A stretch of DNA of 64,000 nt, from the sequence record OQ174501.1. The stretch is one strand, 5' to 3'. Source of the DNA: Escherichia phage REP2. Positions 57,866 to 64,000 of the stretch are shown here, piece after piece. The first letter of the stretch is position 1, and each line of letters begins with the position of its first letter. A program made the translations under genes and the position numbers. The notes under the pieces are model-generated. The model did no database searches. It saw only the letters and a program-made list of their open reading frames with translations, and was not told where the DNA came from.

Positions 57866-58774
57866 ATGTTTAAACGTAAATCTACTGCTGAACTCGCTGC
57901 ACAAATGGCTAAACTGGCTGGAAATAAAGGTGGTTTTTCTTCTGAAGATAAAGGCGAGTGGAAACTGAAACTCGATAATGCGGGTAACGGTCAAGCAGTA
58001 ATTCGTTTTCTTCCGTCTAAAAATGATGAACAAGCACCATTCGCAATTCTTGTAAATCACGGTTTCAAGAAAAACGGTAAATGGTATATCGAAAATTGCT
58101 CATCTACCCACGGTGATTACGATTCTTGCCCAGTATGTCAGTACATCAGTAAAAATGATCTGTACAACACTGACAATAAAGAGTACAGTCTTGTTAAACG
58201 TAAAACTTCTTACTGGGCTAACATTCTTGTTGTAAAAGACCCAGCTGCTCCAGAAAACGAAGGTAAAGTATTTAAATATCGTTTCGGTAAGAAAATCTGG
58301 GATAAAATCAATGCAATGATTGCAGTTGATGTTGAAATGGGTGAAACTCCGGTTGATGTAACTTGCCCGTGGGAAGGTGCTAACTTTGTACTGAAAGTTA
58401 AACAAGTTTCTGGTTTTAGTAACTACGACGAATCTAAATTCCTGAATCAATCTGCGATTCCAAACATTGACGATGAATCTTTCCAGAAAGAACTGTTCGA
58501 ACAAATGGTTGACCTTTCTGAAATGACTTCTAAAGATAAATTCAAATCATTTGAAGAACTGAGCACTAAATTCAGTCAAGTTATGGGAACTGCTGCAATG
58601 GGTGGTGCCGCTGCAACTGCCGCTAAGAAAGCTGATAAAGTTGCTGATGATTTGGATGCATTCAATGTTGATGACTTCAATACAAAAACTGAAGATGATT
58701 TTATGAGCTCAAGCTCTGGCAGTTCATCTAGTGCTGATGACACAGACCTGGATGACCTTTTGAATGACCTTTAA
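57866..58774 (+). CDS. 32: single-stranded DNA binding protein gp32
   Basis: 302 aa; basic N-terminus, zinc-binding core, acidic Ser/Asp-rich C-terminus. Confidence 0.9.
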   Translation: MFKRKSTAELAAQMAKLAGNKGGFSSEDKGEWKLKLDNAGNGQAVIRFLPSKNDEQAPFAILVNHGFKKNGKWYIENCSSTHGDYDSCPVCQYISKNDLYNTDNKEYSLVKRKTSYWANILVVKDPAAPENEGKVFKYRFGKKIWDKINAMIAVDVEMGETPVDVTCPWEGANFVLKVKQVSGFSNYDESKFLNQSAIPNIDDESFQKELFEQMVDLSEMTSKDKFKSFEELSTKFSQVMGTAAMGGAAATAAKKADKVADDLDAFNVDDFNTKTEDDFMSSSSGSSSSADDTDLDDLLNDL

Positions 58775-58796
58775 TAGATTATATTACTAATTAATT

Positions 58797-58821
58797 GGGG
58801 ACCCTAGAGGTCCCCTTTTTT
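58797..58821 (+). terminator. rho-independent terminator (GGGGACC...GGUCCCC plus U6)
   Basis: ggggaccctagaggtccccttttttatttc after gene 32. Confidence 0.75.
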
Positions 58822-58845
58822 ATTTCAAAAATTTTTCATAAAACG

Positions 58846-58875
58846 GTTTACATCCTTGTCCTTCCATGGTACTAT
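58846..58875 (+). promoter_or_regulatory. T4-type early promoter (cassette copy)
   Basis: gtttac, 18-bp spacer, tactat; shares ccatggtactatacaactatca with 11411-11432. Confidence 0.5.
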
Positions 58876-58918
58876 ACAACTATCAGCAATACTGCTGATA
58901 ATTAAAGAGGAAAATAAT

Positions 58919-59149
58919 ATGGCTAAAGTTGATATTGACATCGTTGATTTTGAATATATTGAAGAAATTATTCGTAATCGTTATCCTGAACTTAGTATCA
59001 CAAGTATTCACGATGATCCCAATTATTGCAATTTTTCTATTGTCATTGAAGGTCCTCTTGAAGACCTCACCCGCTTTATGGCTAATGAATATTGTGATGG
59101 TATGGATTCTGAAGACGCAGAATTTTACATGGGATTGATTGAACAATAA
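58919..59149 (+). CDS. hypothetical small acidic protein
   Basis: 76 aa from the ATG at 58919 with GAGGA SD. Confidence 0.45.
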   Translation: MAKVDIDIVDFEYIEEIIRNRYPELSITSIHDDPNYCNFSIVIEGPLEDLTRFMANEYCDGMDSEDAEFYMGLIEQ

Positions 59150-59195
59150 TTATCAAGGGGGCTATTACAAGCCCCGTTAAAATGAGGAAAACGTA

Positions 59196-59561
59196 ATGTA
59201 TATTGGCAAAAAGTATGAGCTTGTTCCAAGACTTATTGATACATTTATTAATTATCGCCCACGTTCTAATTCATCAATAGTTAAAATTATTCAAGAAAAT
59301 GGTGGATGGTTTGAAGTTAAAGAAGCTTTCTTTGTTGATGGATTTAGAGTAATAAAACACATTGAATGCGCAAATGGAAAGCATTTTTACTTTAACGTTT
59401 GTGAAGACGAATTTCATTGTTTCCGCGAATATAAAGAACCTACTTCTGAAGAGGATGAAGTTAAAGACAAGGTTTCTGGCGTAACAAAAATTCACTGCAT
59501 TGTTGACGAAAATAATGTAGATGAAATCATTGAACTTTTGCGAAAAACTTTCAAAAAGTAG
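59196..59561 (+). CDS. hypothetical protein
   Basis: 121 aa ORF. Confidence 0.5.
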   Translation: MYIGKKYELVPRLIDTFINYRPRSNSSIVKIIQENGGWFEVKEAFFVDGFRVIKHIECANGKHFYFNVCEDEFHCFREYKEPTSEEDEVKDKVSGVTKIHCIVDENNVDEIIELLRKTFKK

Positions 59562-59590
59562 TTTACAACAGGGTAGTAGTGTGATACTAT
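59561..59590 (+). promoter_or_regulatory. T4-type early promoter within an imperfect inverted repeat (PeSL-like)
   Basis: gtttac, 18-bp spacer, tactat; gggtagtag/ctattaccc arms. Confidence 0.45.
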
Positions 59591-59620
59591 TACCCTATCA
59601 AAACTAATGGAGAAAAGAAA

Positions 59621-59689
59621 ATGTTCGCACCTTATATTATGGCAGCAGTTATGTTGGTCTGTTTATATCTTTTGATTAAAGCTTGCTAA
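59621..59689 (+). CDS. tiny hydrophobic peptide (22 aa)
   Basis: GGAG SD; MFAPYIMAAVMLVCLYLLIKAC. Confidence 0.3.
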   Translation: MFAPYIMAAVMLVCLYLLIKAC

Positions 59690-59699
59690 GGAGAATAAA

Positions 59700-59942
59700 A
59701 TGAGATTACAACGCCAGAGCATCAAAGATTCGGAAGTTAGAGGTAAATGGTATTTTAATATCATCGGTAAAGATTCTGAACTCATTGAAAAAGCTGAACA
59801 TCTTTTACGTGATATGGGATGGGAAGATGAATGCGATGGATGTCCTCTTTATGAAGATGGAGAAAGCGCAGGATTCTGGATTTACCATTCTGATGTTGAT
59901 CAGTTTAAAGCTGATTGGAAAACTGTGAAAAAGTCTATTTGA
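59700..59942 (+). CDS. hypothetical small protein
   Basis: 80 aa ORF with GGAG SD. Confidence 0.45.
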   Translation: MRLQRQSIKDSEVRGKWYFNIIGKDSELIEKAEHLLRDMGWEDECDGCPLYEDGESAGFWIYHSDVDQFKADWKTVKKSI

Positions 59943-59952
59943 GGAAAATATT

Positions 59953-60296
59953 ATGTCTGACATTCATGTAACTGGAATTTCTCAAGTAAAAATTCGTTGC
60001 CAACTTAAAACCGCGCCTGGGACGGCTTTTATTAATTTATCACACGACATAGATTCCCGTGAAAGCCAGTTAATGGGTGTAATTACATTTTACGCTGGAT
60101 TTGGCGGAAACAAATTTACTGTAGGGGAAATTGTCGGCCGTAAATTAAAAGTTCAGAAGAACGTGTTAGAACTTTTTAATGATCTTTACGATGATAGTGA
60201 TGAAGTTTTTGATGAAATCGCACAAGCAGTTAACAGAGGAATGGTAACTTTAGTTAAAATGATTGACGCTAGCGGATATGCTCATGACTCTTTTCA

Positions 60297-60312
<16 letters not shown>
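59953..60312 (+). CDS. hypothetical protein
   Basis: 119 aa ORF. Confidence 0.5.
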
Positions 60313-61138
<826 letters not shown>

Positions 61139-61157
61139 AATAACACGTGGCGGAAAT

Positions 61158-61505
61158 ATGAATTTTAATTATTACCCTATTCTATTAGAAAAAGACGAGA
61201 AACAGCCAAAGTGGCAGGGTCCTCAGTTTATTAAAGGTGTCTATCAATTAGTAGTTCCTAAAGACAAGATTTATAGCAGTTGTTTCACTGAATCCGCTTG
61301 CAGTATTTTCGGTAATAGTTCTCCATATTGGAATTTTGACATAAAGCTGGATAGAAATATCGATATTTGGTTGAAAGCTATGGATATTGGTAATATCACG
61401 TTTGATGAGAATAATTATCATATTATTGGTCGCTTTTCCAAACGCGGTAAAGAATTATATTTCACGCCTGAAATTGAGAGAAAATTTGATGCTAAACCGT
61501 ATTGA
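61158..61505 (+). CDS. hypothetical protein between frd and td
   Basis: 115 aa ORF. Confidence 0.45.
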   Translation: MNFNYYPILLEKDEKQPKWQGPQFIKGVYQLVVPKDKIYSSCFTESACSIFGNSSPYWNFDIKLDRNIDIWLKAMDIGNITFDENNYHIIGRFSKRGKELYFTPEIERKFDAKPY

Positions 61506-61550
61506 TTATTTAGCTTCATAAAATGTATTATAATTTATATAAGGTACTAA

Positions 61551-62411
61551 ATGAAACAATACCAAGATTTAATTAAAGACATTTTTGAAAATGGCTATGA
61601 AACCGATGACCGAACGGGCACAGGAACAATTGCTCTGTTCGGTACTAAATTGCGTTGGGATTTAACTAAAGGCTTTCCTGCAGTAACAACTAAAAAGCTC
61701 GCCTGGAATGCATGCATTGCTGAGCTAATATGGTTTTTATCAGGAAGCACAAATGTCAATGATTTACGATTAATTCAACATGATTCATTAATTCAAGGCA
61801 AAACAGTCTGGGATGAAAATTACGAAAATCAAGCAAAAGATTTAGGATACCATAGTGGTGAACTTGGTCCAATTTATGGAAAACAGTGGCGTGATTTTGG
61901 CGGTGTAGACCAAATTATAGAAGTTATTGATCGTATTAAAAAACTGCCAAATGATAGGCGTCAAATTGTTTCTGCATGGAATCCAGCTGAACTTAAATAT
62001 ATGGCATTACCGCCTTGTCATATGTTCTATCAGTTTAATGTGCGTAATGGCTATTTGGATTTGCAGTGGTATCAACGTTCGGTAGATGTTTTCCTCGGTC
62101 TTCCATTTAATATTGCATCATATGCTACGTTAGTTCATATTGTAGCTAAAATGTGTAATCTTATTCCTGGAGATTTGATATTTTCTGGTGGTAATACTCA
62201 TATCTATATGAATCACGTAGAACAATGTAAAGAAATTTTACGTCGTGAACCTATGGATTTATGCGAATTACAATTAAAATTTCCAGATGAATTTGATGAA
62301 TGGGACACAGAATCGCAGGTATTTTGGTTGAGTCAATTTGCAAAGCCTCATAATTTTGTTCTTAACAACTATGAATCACATCCTCCTATTAAAGGAAAGA
62401 TGGCGGTGTAA
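61551..62411 (+). CDS. td: thymidylate synthase Td, uninterrupted (no group I intron)
   Basis: 286 aa continuous ORF; catalytic LPPCH motif. Confidence 0.9.
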   Translation: MKQYQDLIKDIFENGYETDDRTGTGTIALFGTKLRWDLTKGFPAVTTKKLAWNACIAELIWFLSGSTNVNDLRLIQHDSLIQGKTVWDENYENQAKDLGYHSGELGPIYGKQWRDFGGVDQIIEVIDRIKKLPNDRRQIVSAWNPAELKYMALPPCHMFYQFNVRNGYLDLQWYQRSVDVFLGLPFNIASYATLVHIVAKMCNLIPGDLIFSGGNTHIYMNHVEQCKEILRREPMDLCELQLKFPDEFDEWDTESQVFWLSQFAKPHNFVLNNYESHPPIKGKMAV

Positions 62412-62419
62412 TTTTATTA

Positions 62420-62695
62420 TTGCGAGGATATATGATTTTACGATTTAAAGATACTTCTGGTGTAGTTCTTTTTACACTTCCTAACCCAAGCGAGTTAGAA
62501 GTTCCAGGACCAAATCAGCCTATTATCATTTATGGCAAAAAATATTATACTCATAAAATGACCCGTGAGTATTTTGATAATAAAATTTCCACAGTTAAAA
62601 CTTCTTCTGACTGTTACTACGATATTACTGTTTTAACGGAAGAACAATATGAACACTTACAACCGCGCAGGCCGTATATGCCGAGTAGTGAATAA
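62420..62695 (+). CDS. hypothetical small protein
   Basis: 91 aa ORF. Confidence 0.4.
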   Translation: MRGYMILRFKDTSGVVLFTLPNPSELEVPGPNQPIIIYGKKYYTHKMTREYFDNKISTVKTSSDCYYDITVLTEEQYEHLQPRRPYMPSSE

Positions 62696-62975
62696 ATACA
62701 AATCCGACTTTGATGTTAATATTCACCGCGGTACATTTTGGGGAAATTACGTCGGTAAAGATGCTGGCAGCCGAGAGGCTGCCATTGAATTATTCAAAAA
62801 AGATTTTATACGTCGAATTAAATCCGGAGAAATAACTAAAGCACATTTAGAGCCTTTACGTGGAATGAGGCTAGGATGCACATGTAAACCAAAGCCGTGT
62901 CATGGTGATATAATAGCTCATATAGTTAACCGATTGTTTAAAGACGATTTTCAAGTTGAGGACTTATGCAATTAA
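62649..62975 (+). CDS. hypothetical protein
   Basis: 108 aa ORF ending at the nrdA start. Confidence 0.4.
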   Translation: MNTYNRAGRICRVVNKYKSDFDVNIHRGTFWGNYVGKDAGSREAAIELFKKDFIRRIKSGEITKAHLEPLRGMRLGCTCKPKPCHGDIIAHIVNRLFKDDFQVEDLCN

Positions 62976-64000
62976 TTAATGTTATCAAAAGTAGTGGTGT
63001 TTCTCAGAGCTTTGACCCGCAAAAAATTATTAAAGTTTTATCTTGGGCAGCTGAAGGAACATCTGTAGATCCTTATGAATTATATGAAAATATTAAATCA
63101 TATCTCCGTGATGGAATGACCACTGATGACATTCAGACTATTGTCATTAAGGCTGCTGCGAATTCTATTTCAGTTGAAGAGCCTGATTATCAATACGTAG
63201 CTGCACGCTGTTTAATGTTTGCTCTTCGTAAGCATGTTTACGGGCAATATGAACCACGTTCATTTATTGACCATATTTCTTACTGTGTAAATGAAGGTAA
63301 ATATGACCCCGAATTATTGTCAAAATATTCAGCAGAAGAAATTACATTTTTAGAATCAAAAATTAAGCACGAACGGGATATGGAATTTACTTATTCCGGG
63401 GCGATGCAATTAAAAGAAAAATATCTAGTTAAAGATAAAACCACTGGTCAAATTTATGAAACTCCACAGTTTGCATTTATGACTATTGGAATGGCATTGC
63501 ATCAAGATGAACCTGTTGATAGATTAAAACATGTTATTCGTTTTTATGAAGCAGTATCTACTCGACAGATTTCACTGCCAACTCCTATTATGGCTGGTTG
63601 CCGTACTCCGACTCGACAGTTCAGTTCATGCGTTGTTATTGAGGCAGGAGATTCATTGAAGTCTATCAATAAGGCTTCCGCTTCGATTGTTGAATATATC
63701 TCTAAACGCGCTGGAATTGGTATTAACGTTGGTATGATTCGTGCTGAAGGTTCTAAGATTGGCATGGGTGAAGTACGCCATACTGGTGTTATTCCTTTTT
63801 GGAAACATTTTCAGACTGCAGTTAAATCATGTTCACAGGGTGGAATTCGTGGCGGCGCTGCTACTGCTTATTATCCTATTTGGCATTTGGAAGTTGAAAA
63901 TCTTCTTGTTTTGAAAAATAACAAAGGCGTAGAAGAAAACCGCATTCGTCATATGGATTATGGTGTTCAACTGAATGATTTGATGATGGAACGTTTTGGA
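62966..64000 (+). CDS. nrdA: ribonucleotide reductase large subunit NrdA, 5' part (continues beyond window)
   Basis: ATG at 62966, frame open to the window end (345 codons); N-terminal ATP-cone and class I RNR core; downstream of frd-td as in T4. Confidence 0.85.
   Translation, partial: MQLINVIKSSGVSQSFDPQKIIKVLSWAAEGTSVDPYELYENIKSYLRDGMTTDDIQTIVIKAAANSISVEEPDYQYVAARCLMFALRKHVYGQYEPRSFIDHISYCVNEGKYDPELLSKYSAEEITFLESKIKHERDMEFTYSGAMQLKEKYLVKDKTTGQIYETPQFAFMTIGMALHQDEPVDRLKHVIRFYEAVSTRQISLPTPIMAGCRTPTRQFSSCVVIEAGDSLKSINKASASIVEYISKRAGIGINVGMIRAEGSKIGMGEVRHTGVIPFWKHFQTAVKSCSQGGIRGGAATAYYPIWHLEVENLLVLKNNKGVEENRIRHMDYGVQLNDLMMERFG

Noticed and set aside
59158-59175. GGGGC...GCCCC hairpin after ORF 58919-59149, considered as a terminator
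   Set aside because: No downstream U-tract; at most an RNA stability element

Overview
This window is a contiguous stretch of a T-even (T4-like, hydroxymethylcytosine-type) myovirus genome. Left to right it runs from the 3' end of a GT-B glycosyltransferase (probably alpha-gt) through the replication/recombination early genes (47, 46, rpbA, 45, 44, 62, regA, 43, imm, 42, uvsX, 40, 41, dmd, sp, 61, 56, soc, modB, modA, srd, dda, dexA, fused topoisomerase 39/60, rIIA, rIIB, denB, ndd, stp, ac, 52, motA, arn, asiA), then the minus-strand late cluster (holin t, tail fibre genes 38, 37, 36, 35, 34), then rnh, dsbA, 33, 59, 32, frd, td and the start of nrdA. Gene calls rest on the six-frame ORFs, protein sizes and motifs, and T4 synteny recalled from memory; no database search was run. 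The phage is not T4 itself: topoisomerase genes 39 and 60 are one uninterrupted ORF with no translational bypass element, td is intronless, gp38 is the long glycine-rich T2/T6-type adhesin, a GT-A-like glycosyltransferase occupies the position where T4 has beta-gt, and the 61-56-soc junction is compact. I found no single large undescribed system; the accessory content worth follow-up is three free-standing homing-endonuclease-like genes (one frameshifted), the GT-A enzyme, clusters of tiny hydrophobic peptide ORFs, tandem paralog sets and recurring early-promoter/stem-loop cassettes. Classical regulatory RNA elements (gene 43 operator hairpin, gene 32 pseudoknot) and T4-type early, middle and late promoters and UUCG-loop terminators are readable in the sequence.
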